Source: an uncultured Christensenella sp. (GTDB taxonomy: Bacteria > Bacillota > Clostridia > Christensenellales > Borkfalkiaceae). From it: a stretch of 64,000 bases of DNA. The DNA lies in NCBI GenBank assembly GCA_910576655.1, contig CAJTJC010000007.1, positions 17,363-81,362 on the forward strand. The letters run 5' to 3'. Position numbers and translations under genes: made by a program. Under the pieces are notes generated by a model. That model was given only the letters and a program-made list of their open reading frames with translations. It did no database searches and was not told where the DNA came from. This document shows, piece after piece, positions 28,001 to 35,728 of the stretch (positions are counted from its first letter, which is position 1; the number at the start of each line of letters is the position of its first letter).

Positions 28001-31000
28001 TACTTGCAACCGCAAGAATGATAGTGTCATTCTTGTTATCGCGGATTACCACCGTTTTGGCGGTTTTCATCGTTTTAGCGGTAAGGACGTTACCAAAGCT
28101 GTCAGTTACCGTAATATCGGCGTAAATCTTATTACCGTAGAAAAGTACGGTATCCGTTCCGACTTTGTTTTCAACGTCAACGATACGAACGTCGTAGCCT
28201 TTATTCTGTGTAAGTCCAAGCGTTGCCGTAGGCTGTTTGGAGCTGAACACGTCCATATCCGGGTCGATAGGATTGCTGCATTTGCTCTCGTTATCACCCG
28301 TAACAAGTATACCCGAAAGCATATCGTAAACGAAATAGCGCGTCGTATTGCCTATTTTAACCGTCATAAGCTGCGTCGCTTCGTCATACGATAAAACCTC
28401 GCCGGTAAATTTACCGGAAATTTTTCCGTCGACGGTTATTTTAATGGTTTTGCCACCCGAGCAGTTGTCTTTATTGTAAGTATTTGCGCCGCTGTACGAA
28501 CCCACGTACGCAGGTACCGCAACCCATTTTGCAATAATAGTCGCACCGCTGTCTCCCGCGCCGACGGTCGCCCCCTCTTCAACGGCAATATCGCCGTCGT
28601 CCGTTACGATATACCAGCCGTCGAAATAAGTATTCGTCGACGCGTCGATATCGTACTTTTTATAGAGGGTAAGATACTCGCTTATTACGTCGCCTTCGCC
28701 AAGGTAAAGCGTGTTTTTGGTTTCGTCGGACTGGTCATCCGCAAGTAAGCCTTCAAGCTTGATTACTACCTTTTCCGCCCACCTTGCGTAAAGAGTAACG
28801 TCCGATTCGGGAATAAACGCTCCGTCGATAAGCTCGACTTCTATCGTGCAAGCCGCATCGAGATACCAGCCCTTGAACGTCATTGTCTGGTGCGTCATTG
28901 CACTTTCGGGCGGCAACTGGATGGGTACGAATTTGCTTTGGCCTTCAAGCGTTACGTTCTGGGTCTGATTATCGGGGAAATATCCGTTGAAATCAAGAGT
29001 GAGCGTCACCTTGGGCGCTGTCTGCGTGCAGGTACCGCCCTCCGCAGACATACCCACGCCCGAAAGCGTAAATTCGTAATAGACGGAATTCTGGGTTAAC
29101 TTGTCGGTAATTATAACGCCGACGACGTTGTCAGAAATGATTTTATATTCTCCGTCTTCGCTGTCAACCGCTATGTAGCCGCCGCCCTGTATCAGGACGG
29201 TTTTGCCGTCGGGAAGTTTATAGTAGCCTTCAAGCCCGTCGGACACGCCCCATTTTTCGGTGGTTACGTTCATTGCGTAGCCCTTTATGATTTCGTCGCC
29301 CGCGACTATGAAAGTCGTGCAACTGTCCGAAGCTTCCGTGAAGCACTCCGCCGCGGTGATTTCGGTTTTTTCAAGCGTTATGAATTTTACGCCGAAAAGC
29401 ACGCCGTCGCCGTCAACGAACATATTCAAAGGCGTGGTGTCCCGAGTATAGGAAATAACGAAATCGCCGTCACAGGTCGCAGCCTCGAATGCAGACTTAC
29501 CGACGACAGCTTCCGAAGGAACGGCAATATTCACTTCCGTCCAGCCGTTTGCCTGTATTACGAGCACGCCTGTATCCTTGTCTACGTAAGCATAGTACTC
29601 TATGCCCGTTTCCTCGTATTCGTCCGCAGCGCGCAAAGCGTAGTTCTCCGCTTCGCCCCAGTCGGTGTCGCCGCCGCTGCTGCCGGTTTTGTAGCCGTAC
29701 TGAGTAATTTTAACAAGTCCGGTTTCGGGATTGACGTATTCGAATACGAACTTGCCGCGGAACGGATAGCCCGTGCCGTAACCGATACCGTCGTCGCCTA
29801 CCTGTAAAAACGCTGTGTTCCACGTATCGGCCAGATTGATTTTTCCGTCGCTTAACCTAACGTTGACGGAAGAATAAGTTTTATTATCGTAAGGTGTGGA
29901 CAGTTTGGGGGAAGTGATTACCGTTACGCTGCCGTAAACTGCGTTGGTATAAGTTATACTGCCTGCGTGATTGTAGTCGGCCTTGACCTCTTCGCCCTTC
30001 GTCCAGAAAGAAGCGTCCGACAACGCGGGAAGCGCAAACTTCTCGGTTGCAGAGGCATCCTCGGAACAGCCGTTTTCCGTACAGACGCGCACCGCTTCGC
30101 CCGTTGCGGACGAGGTGGGCTCTTTCGTAATCGTCCAGCCGCCGAACGTATGCGCAATTTTAGGAATCGCAACTTCGGTTACGGCTACGTCGTAAGTTCT
30201 GTTAATGTAATCCGCAACGCCGTCGGTGAGGTGCGTGGGACGGGTTTTTACGTTCTCCGTCCAGAAAGACTTATCCGAAAGCGCGGGTACGGTTTCGTAC
30301 ACGGTAAAGTTTTCGGAATGCGCGCTCGTATCCGTACAGGTGCGCTGTATTCTGCCGCCGTTTTCGATAGTGGGTCTTTCGCCCTCTACGAACGTCCACG
30401 CGCCGAAATTGTGCGCATCAGCGTTAGCGGGAAGCGTAACGGTCACATTGCCGTACTCCGACGTATAAACCTGTTTGCCCGCCGTCGTATGCGTGGGGGG
30501 AACGTATTCGCCCTTATTTTCGGTCCATACCGTCGTATCGCTTAGCGCGGGAATTTCTATCTCATCCTCGTGCTTATCGTTATCCGTGCAGACGCGCTTT
30601 GCCTTTCCGCCCTCGGTTAAAGTGGGGATTTCGGTAATCGTCCAGCTGCCGTACGTATGCGCATCGCTGTCCGCAGGAAGCGTTAAAGTTACCTTACCGT
30701 ATACCGACGTAAAAACTTTTTTACCGTCGGTAGTATGCGTAGGCGCAACCGCCTCATCCGTCTTTTCCGTCCATACCGACGCGTCCGACAGCGCGGGAAC
30801 CGTAGCGGTTTCCTTGTATGCGTCGGTTGCCGAGCAGGTGCGCTCCGCTTTGCCCGTTTCGGTCATGGTGGGCTGCTTCGTAATCGTCCAGCCGCCGAAC
30901 GAGTGGTCGTCGGTCTTGGGTACGGTTATCGTAACGGTGCCGAATTCCGAGCTGAACGTCCTGCTGCCCTCGGTCGTGTGCGTGGGCGCGGTGTAATCCG

Positions 31001-31256
31001 CAGTGCGCTCCGTCCATACCGCGGTATCGGTAAGCGCGGGCAGCGGGTAAGTTTCCTTGCCGCCGTCGTTATCGGAGCAGTAGCGCTCCGCCGTTCCGCC
31101 GCTTTCAAGCGTGGGATTGTTTACGATAGTCCACGAGCCGTAGCTATGCTCGTGACCGTCGTCGTCACCGCACGCGGCAAACGCCGCGCCGCCCGCGCCG
31201 ATTGTCATAACCGACAGGACCGCCAACGCCGCTTTCGTAATATTGCGTTTTTTCAT
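25077..31256 (-). CDS. giant surface lipoprotein (2059 aa) with N-terminal repeat array, Listeria-Bacteroides (Flg_new) repeats and unassigned modules
   Basis: Lipobox FAAC-GDD. Five repeats of about 82 aa occupy aa 37-452. Six Flg_new-type units end in Y-A-[KR]-[WY], encoded at 28779-28799, 28524-28541, 27534-27551, 27312-27332, 26544-26564 and 26304-26324. AAGGAGT RBS. Confidence 0.85.
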   Translation of the reverse strand: MKKRNITKAALAVLSVMTIGAGGAAFAACGDDDGHEHSYGSWTIVNNPTLESGGTAERYCSDNDGGKETYPLPALTDTAVWTERTADYTAPTHTTEGSRTFSSEFGTVTITVPKTDDHSFGGWTITKQPTMTETGKAERTCSATDAYKETATVPALSDASVWTEKTDEAVAPTHTTDGKKVFTSVYGKVTLTLPADSDAHTYGSWTITEIPTLTEGGKAKRVCTDNDKHEDEIEIPALSDTTVWTENKGEYVPPTHTTAGKQVYTSEYGNVTVTLPANADAHNFGAWTFVEGERPTIENGGRIQRTCTDTSAHSENFTVYETVPALSDKSFWTENVKTRPTHLTDGVADYINRTYDVAVTEVAIPKIAHTFGGWTITKEPTSSATGEAVRVCTENGCSEDASATEKFALPALSDASFWTKGEEVKADYNHAGSITYTNAVYGSVTVITSPKLSTPYDNKTYSSVNVRLSDGKINLADTWNTAFLQVGDDGIGYGTGYPFRGKFVFEYVNPETGLVKITQYGYKTGSSGGDTDWGEAENYALRAADEYEETGIEYYAYVDKDTGVLVIQANGWTEVNIAVPSEAVVGKSAFEAATCDGDFVISYTRDTTPLNMFVDGDGVLFGVKFITLEKTEITAAECFTEASDSCTTFIVAGDEIIKGYAMNVTTEKWGVSDGLEGYYKLPDGKTVLIQGGGYIAVDSEDGEYKIISDNVVGVIITDKLTQNSVYYEFTLSGVGMSAEGGTCTQTAPKVTLTLDFNGYFPDNQTQNVTLEGQSKFVPIQLPPESAMTHQTMTFKGWYLDAACTIEVELIDGAFIPESDVTLYARWAEKVVIKLEGLLADDQSDETKNTLYLGEGDVISEYLTLYKKYDIDASTNTYFDGWYIVTDDGDIAVEEGATVGAGDSGATIIAKWVAVPAYVGSYSGANTYNKDNCSGGKTIKITVDGKISGKFTGEVLSYDEATQLMTVKIGNTTRYFVYDMLSGILVTGDNESKCSNPIDPDMDVFSSKQPTATLGLTQNKGYDVRIVDVENKVGTDTVLFYGNKIYADITVTDSFGNVLTAKTMKTAKTVVIRDNKNDTIILAVASKGDSFNADNNVKSLDEYFGTYIGTDGDISLDGTGSFIWGEKSGTYVTNGGSLGLFVVSEGVNREYWDVTLSEKAYTAVKPEATVTVTAVAPAGTTLPDEIAAFNVNININNFASLPDGASFNTEFVFNGYFKDAECTEKIEDTFILTENATIYAKYSNPASLTLVFNDGETQDETIRYSVGDSAVIDVPVYNKHAFVGWFLKDGSADGDWGDEWVSGSTVTENLTVYAKWTAAPLFNDIYAPIRIYGKDVSGVSGKDDRSSNAISVDPYGNAEATAYPFSGAVEIAYVENSTTKLTVKVGNSVYNAAIDPETGLIVMAASSGVSTKISEVWLLNNKETGSIYDKISSSYWNGGKNRVIEYAFDADTTYRIYIADGEVYFGVSFKDAATGGNDIDAKDCYKASALYVIGADGSTVIEQPSVTVTFEMNGNGANETITINKFFAQDLTAKNPTAEGFVFRGWYTDAEYKSKAADTYVTGENATLYAKWDAQAEVTFHVNAAGHTDTVYRGGFVNDAIGADNLPEIDYENDGMAFAGWFTKDGADGDWGAEVTGDTVISGVTLDVYAKWVTPAAMAGTYKGWNLYRAGENGTKIIASQSTTFTMGVAGEYAYSSTKGTLSDADISKTSGAINVGKYAYVDKSVGVIWYAYGSNATSVGNDTYLLFNPELVKEVVYSGLKTNPYTFWATVKFVDASKPDVNVFGYDNKIYTGVSWGSQTADKCHNTNHIVSASDGSVIAVLKDGNVVELDGYQGTYTFEGTTIVVDGGGTLTVGASTPDSYVISDGKLVFTHNNRMHVITVDKENGSFAYVQDGYAGEYTLPEGGTITLDGLGGVVGTTKTYVVSGTSISVYDGEAVTKYVIDVENKQFLGKSAFAGLTFNGTYKDSFGDSNNCTITFNDEATIVGKIDCGYYGAFEFIGELKGNELTMTLTKAIGSGVGQTVIMTVSGNKLTRTGGTYVNNAYITNDFSATCDGFSL
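29901..31148 (-). repeat. five tandem coding repeats of about 82 aa (unassigned domain)
   Basis: Each unit starts H-[ST]-[YF]-G-x-W-T and contains one Cys (R-x-C), P-A-L-[ST]-D and P-T-H-[TL]-T. Units span aa 37-117, 118-199, 200-281, 282-368 and 369-452. By eye the DNA copies are only about two-thirds identical. Confidence 0.85.
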
Positions 31257-31275
31257 AATTTTACTCCTTTTAAAT

Positions 31276-34200
31276 TCAAACGCGCGTAAATTCGGTACCG
31301 ACCTTGAAGTAGCCTGCCGACGACGAGCTTACGTCTGTTGATGAACACTTGATAGCGTTCAGTCCCACCGCGTCGTTAAAGGTAAATACGAACTTGATTC
31401 CCTTTACCGTAACGGTTATTTTGTTACCTGTAACCGTAAAAGTGCCTTCCTCCCCGTCGCCGGTTACAAACAAGGGGTTGTATTTATCCATACCGTCCAC
31501 GCTGAAATCGTCGGAAACGGACTTTACCGTCACTTTTCCGCCCGTCTTAAACTCGAAAACGGTCGTCACGCTGTAAGATTGTTCTGCAAATTCCGGAAGA
31601 ACGGAATAGTCTGCGGAAAAAGATTTGCCTTCTAACAGCGTTTCATCTATTTTTATATTGCTGAGAGTATACGTTTTCTGTGCGGTACTGATTTTATAAA
31701 CCTTGACAACGTCGGTAAACACCACCGTTACGCTGCTGCCGTAAACTACGTAATCGCCCGTCTTTGCCCCGACGGTTGCTTTTCCAAAACCGTCGAGAAC
31801 CAAATCGAATTCGAGACTGCACGTATACGTTCCTCTGAACGCGTCCGACCGAACGAGTTTGCCCATCTCGGAGATATTACCCCATTCGATAATTTTGACA
31901 AACCATTCGCTGCTGCCGTCGGTAAATTTCAGAAGCGCGCCGAGAGTATCGAAGTTGCCTTCAACGGTAACTATTTTTCCGAGTGCGGAATACGCGTCGG
32001 ATAGGAACCATACGCTTCTGCCGCCCGCGGTTACCGAGCGGATAAAGATATCCGAACTCGCCGCCGTCTTTACGGTGCCCGTAGTAAGACAGTCGGTGAA
32101 CATAAGCGCGCCGCGCGCAGTCACCCTGATAATTCCGTCCTCTATAAGCTCGCCCGTAATTGTAATTGCGCCCTTCTCGCACTGCGCCGTAGCAGTGAAC
32201 GAGGTTGCGCCCAGCCTTGCGCTGCCGCTGAAGCTTATTCCGCCGAATACGCCGGAAATTCTGCCGAATTCGTCTACGTTCAGCGTCGCTCCGCTGACCG
32301 CGCTCTGGGAATATCTGCCGAGCAGCCTGTTGCCGGTGTATAAGCTGTCAAGCACCTGCACCGCGTAGTACGAGGACTTTACGCTGCCGTTAACGGGGAT
32401 ATTGATAATTAATTGATAGAAGCCCGCTTTGCCGAAGCTTACGCGCGATACGTCTACGTATTTGGTCTTGGTTCCCGCGATTACGCCCTTCATCTGCTCG
32501 ACGGAAAGCGCGCCGTCCTTGGTGACGATTGAAATACCGTCGAACAGCTCTTTATCGCCGACGCCCTTGCCGAGCACGAGGTTGCCCACCGTGACGATTG
32601 CGCCGTCGTAAATTTGAGCGCTGACGAACTGCTTTCCGACCAAATCTATACCCGTAATTTCGCGTACGGTAAGCACGTTTTTATAATCCGAGAAAAGGAA
32701 TTTAGCCGTCGTGCCGTATGAGAAATCGGGCGCGGGGTTGAGATAGGTAATTTCGACATTCGCGCCGTTGCGCTTGTACGAAAACGCCGTGGTCAGATAC
32801 CTGCTTGAAGTATCGAAGTTGACTTCGCCCGTGCCGAAGCCGTCGAAGAAGAAGCAAACCGTGCCGAACTCGTACCTGCCGAACAAATCGTCGGGCGCGT
32901 CAAGCGTGAAGGTTTTGGTTGCCTTATCCAGTCGGAACCTGTAAGAATAGGGAACGCTCATATCGTAGACGAGCCAGGTGTTGTCGTCGTAGGCGGGTCC
33001 GCCGTTTTTAATGGGAACCTGTTCGTTGGGCGTAAGGTCAAACACCTTTTTGTTGTCGACCGTAAGCGAAATCCTGTCGTTCGCGGCAACGGCGAATATC
33101 GCCGAATTGCCGTCTACGGTGCCCCTGAAAGCCATTCCCGCATATTCCGAAACGGCTGCGGTATTTTTGTTAATCATAGCCTTCGAGCCGCTCGTCATCG
33201 TAAAGCCGTACGTCTCGCCGCCGAAGCCGACCGAGGAAACGAAGCCCTCTTTATTTTCGAAGTCGGGCGCAAAGCGGGCAAAGCCGAACACCTCGTCCCC
33301 GTAATAGACGTTGGAAGCCAGCTTGGAAATAAACGTAGTTTTCATTCCGTACCAGCTTTCCGTGCCGTCGGCTGCTTTAAGCTTGAAGAAGTCAAGCGTG
33401 TAAGAGCCTGCTCCGACGACGGTATTGCCAAGCGAGTTGGTCTGCAACACGTTGCAGCCCGTCGTGCTCGAATTGACCTCGATACTGCCCTCTACCGTCC
33501 ACTTATCGCTATGGAAATAGACTAACGGTCTGCGGCGGTCGGTGTACGACATATGCAGCGAATTGTCGGGGTCGAGAGTTATAATTCCGTCGTCGTAACG
33601 GAAAATGTAGTCGTTTGTATACAGCTTTACGCTGAAAGTTCTGTCGTCGATAATAGAGACGATTTCCATTCTGTCGGAGCCGACGAACATTTCGCCGTCG
33701 GTATCGATAGTCAGGTTTTTAAGCGTTGCCGCGTAGGTCGAGGAATACGTCGGGTCGACCGCATACTGGTCCCATTCGTAATCGCCGTCGTCTTCCTCTT
33801 CCTCGTATGGCTCTATTTCGCTGAGCAGAGTTTTATAAGTGCCCGCCATAGCCGCGTCCAGCACTACCGCCTTGGACTGAGCCGTTACGCCCTTGTACGT
33901 CGCGGTAACGAAGTACACGCCCGCGTTAAACAGGTCAATCTTGCCGCTTACCATATCGTCGGTAACCGTCACGCTTTCGCCGTTTTCCTCTATCGTGAAC
34001 AGCTCGCGCGCGTAAACGGTCGTGCCGCTGAAAATTACGCGCTCTCTGCCCGTAACGGTCACGCCGTTATCTACACGCAGTGCGTACGCCACCCTTACGG
34101 GGTCGGCGTCGGGTCCGAAAACGTAAACGTCGATTTCGACGGTCTGCTCCGCAACCGAAGTAAAATCTACGGGCGGGGAAACTATCTGCGCATAGCAGGC

Positions 34201-35664
34201 GGTTATGTCCAATTTGTCCTTGTCGTCAATAAGCTTGCGCCTTATGCCGTCTATCGTTACGCTCAAATTGTCGTACACGTTATACTTTACCGTACCGGCG
34301 GGGAGCAACAAATTCTGTTGCAGCACGTTTAAGGTGTATTCAACTTTTTTGTCAACCACCTCGTAGGTGATTTCCTTTTCGAAATAGTCGAAGTTGACGC
34401 CGCTCAGCCCGAGGGGCTTAGTATTGTAGGGTACCTTGATTTTGACGGTAAACTCGCCCTCTTTGCTAAAATCCACACCGCTTAAATCGAAGTACGAGCG
34501 CGGTAAATCGGTAAACCTTATGCCGTTTATTATTACGGTGAAATCCGCGCCGAAATCGTAGCTTTCCGCGTCGGTGCCGACCTCTGCGATAACGGTATCG
34601 GAGGTCGCGTAGCCGATAATAACGCCCAGCTTAATGGTGACGGTAGCAACCGCCGTTCTTCCGCCGTAGTTAAGGGTGATTGCGTTGTCGCCCTCTTTGG
34701 AATAGTCGACCGTACCCGTTACCATATCGTCGGTGACCTCGATAACGCGGTTACCGTCCTTTACGGTGAAAAGCGTTTTCAAATCGATATTCTCGCCGTT
34801 GGGATAAGTAACGATATTGTTTGCCGTAATGCTGATTTGCGTCTGCCCGACGACCTTTATTTCCGCGGTCGAGGTAGCGCCGATGCCGTTCTTCTCGAAC
34901 GCAATCGTTACGGGATAGGTCTGCCCCTCCTCGGGCGCGTCGAGCGCCGAAGCATCGATATAGCTTAAAAGCACCCTCTCCGCCTCTCCGCCGACGTAAA
35001 TCGAGAAAAGCGTAGTATAGTCGAAATCGCGCAGCTCGTCTGCGGTAAGCTCCAAAACGCCGTAGGAATTTATTATTTCTATCGCGTTGGCGTCCACGAC
35101 AGTAACCTCCACGGTTTCGGAAACGCTGAAAAAAGTCACCGTGTAGGTATAGCTGCCCGCCTCCGCCGCCACGTTGCTTGTCACCATTTTATCGGTGACG
35201 GCAGTCCGCTTTCCGTCCACGGTCAGTGTGAACAGGCTTTTAAAGTCGTACGAGTCGACCTCGGTCGATTTTATTTTTACGGAATTTTTGGAAACGGTCA
35301 AGGTACATTCGGAAGCGATAACCTTTACCGTTATGCTTGCCGACTTCCCCTTGTAATTACATACTGCGACGTATTCGCCCGCCCTTGCCTCGACAGCCGA
35401 AGCGTCAATATAGTCGCTCGACGGTACGGAAGCGTTGTTGTCGCTTATGCGGAAATATCTTGCGAAGTTGAAACCCTCAACCTCGTAATCCTTTATGCTT
35501 ACCGATTCCTGCGTTACCGCCACGCTTATAAAGTCCGAAGGCGGATTAACGATAGGCGGTTTGTCGTCGTCAGGAGGCACGGTTTCGTCGCAGGCGGAAC
35601 AGCCCGCAAAGTTTGCCGCCGTAGCCAGCGCAATGAGCGCGGCTGCAATTTTGAATTTTTTCAT
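31276..35664 (-). CDS. giant surface lipoprotein (1462 aa) with seven Ig-like repeats and an unassigned C-terminal half
   Basis: Lipobox FAGC-SAC. Aa 46-602 form roughly 70-95 aa repeats with the recurring pattern D-x-x-x-L-F-T...V-T-D-D-M-V-x-G...G-x-Y-x-V-T. The rest has no motif I can name. Confidence 0.85.
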   Translation of the reverse strand: MKKFKIAAALIALATAANFAGCSACDETVPPDDDKPPIVNPPSDFISVAVTQESVSIKDYEVEGFNFARYFRISDNNASVPSSDYIDASAVEARAGEYVAVCNYKGKSASITVKVIASECTLTVSKNSVKIKSTEVDSYDFKSLFTLTVDGKRTAVTDKMVTSNVAAEAGSYTYTVTFFSVSETVEVTVVDANAIEIINSYGVLELTADELRDFDYTTLFSIYVGGEAERVLLSYIDASALDAPEEGQTYPVTIAFEKNGIGATSTAEIKVVGQTQISITANNIVTYPNGENIDLKTLFTVKDGNRVIEVTDDMVTGTVDYSKEGDNAITLNYGGRTAVATVTIKLGVIIGYATSDTVIAEVGTDAESYDFGADFTVIINGIRFTDLPRSYFDLSGVDFSKEGEFTVKIKVPYNTKPLGLSGVNFDYFEKEITYEVVDKKVEYTLNVLQQNLLLPAGTVKYNVYDNLSVTIDGIRRKLIDDKDKLDITACYAQIVSPPVDFTSVAEQTVEIDVYVFGPDADPVRVAYALRVDNGVTVTGRERVIFSGTTVYARELFTIEENGESVTVTDDMVSGKIDLFNAGVYFVTATYKGVTAQSKAVVLDAAMAGTYKTLLSEIEPYEEEEDDGDYEWDQYAVDPTYSSTYAATLKNLTIDTDGEMFVGSDRMEIVSIIDDRTFSVKLYTNDYIFRYDDGIITLDPDNSLHMSYTDRRRPLVYFHSDKWTVEGSIEVNSSTTGCNVLQTNSLGNTVVGAGSYTLDFFKLKAADGTESWYGMKTTFISKLASNVYYGDEVFGFARFAPDFENKEGFVSSVGFGGETYGFTMTSGSKAMINKNTAAVSEYAGMAFRGTVDGNSAIFAVAANDRISLTVDNKKVFDLTPNEQVPIKNGGPAYDDNTWLVYDMSVPYSYRFRLDKATKTFTLDAPDDLFGRYEFGTVCFFFDGFGTGEVNFDTSSRYLTTAFSYKRNGANVEITYLNPAPDFSYGTTAKFLFSDYKNVLTVREITGIDLVGKQFVSAQIYDGAIVTVGNLVLGKGVGDKELFDGISIVTKDGALSVEQMKGVIAGTKTKYVDVSRVSFGKAGFYQLIINIPVNGSVKSSYYAVQVLDSLYTGNRLLGRYSQSAVSGATLNVDEFGRISGVFGGISFSGSARLGATSFTATAQCEKGAITITGELIEDGIIRVTARGALMFTDCLTTGTVKTAASSDIFIRSVTAGGRSVWFLSDAYSALGKIVTVEGNFDTLGALLKFTDGSSEWFVKIIEWGNISEMGKLVRSDAFRGTYTCSLEFDLVLDGFGKATVGAKTGDYVVYGSSVTVVFTDVVKVYKISTAQKTYTLSNIKIDETLLEGKSFSADYSVLPEFAEQSYSVTTVFEFKTGGKVTVKSVSDDFSVDGMDKYNPLFVTGDGEEGTFTVTGNKITVTVKGIKFVFTFNDAVGLNAIKCSSTDVSSSSAGYFKVGTEFTRV
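33859..35529 (-). repeat. array of seven Ig-like (Big_3-like) coding repeats
   Basis: Read directly from the translated protein. Example units end ...GEYVAVCNYKGKSASITVKV, ...GSYTYTVTFFSVSETVEVTV, ...GDNAITLNYGGRTAVATVTI and ...GVYFVTATYKGVTAQSKAVV. Confidence 0.7.
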
Positions 35665-35689
35665 AATAAGCTCCTCCGAGCTTTTTCCC

Positions 35690-35710
35690 CTCCGCCGCGG
35701 CGCGGCGGAG
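35690..35710 (-). other. GC-only perfect inverted repeat in the intergenic gap upstream of the 1462 aa gene
   Basis: ctccgccgcg g cgcggcggag. No U-run follows on the coding (minus) strand. The GGAGGAG RBS of the next gene lies just downstream. Confidence 0.6.
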
Positions 35711-35728
35711 AGTTAAAAACGGTTTTCT

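Noticed and set aside
29901-31148. The possibility that the repeated N-terminal modules, or the C-terminal regions of the giant lipoproteins, are targets of a diversity-generating retroelement.
   Set aside because: No reverse transcriptase gene is present and no near-identical template/variable repeat pair with adenine-specific differences is visible. The repeats are diverged at all base types.
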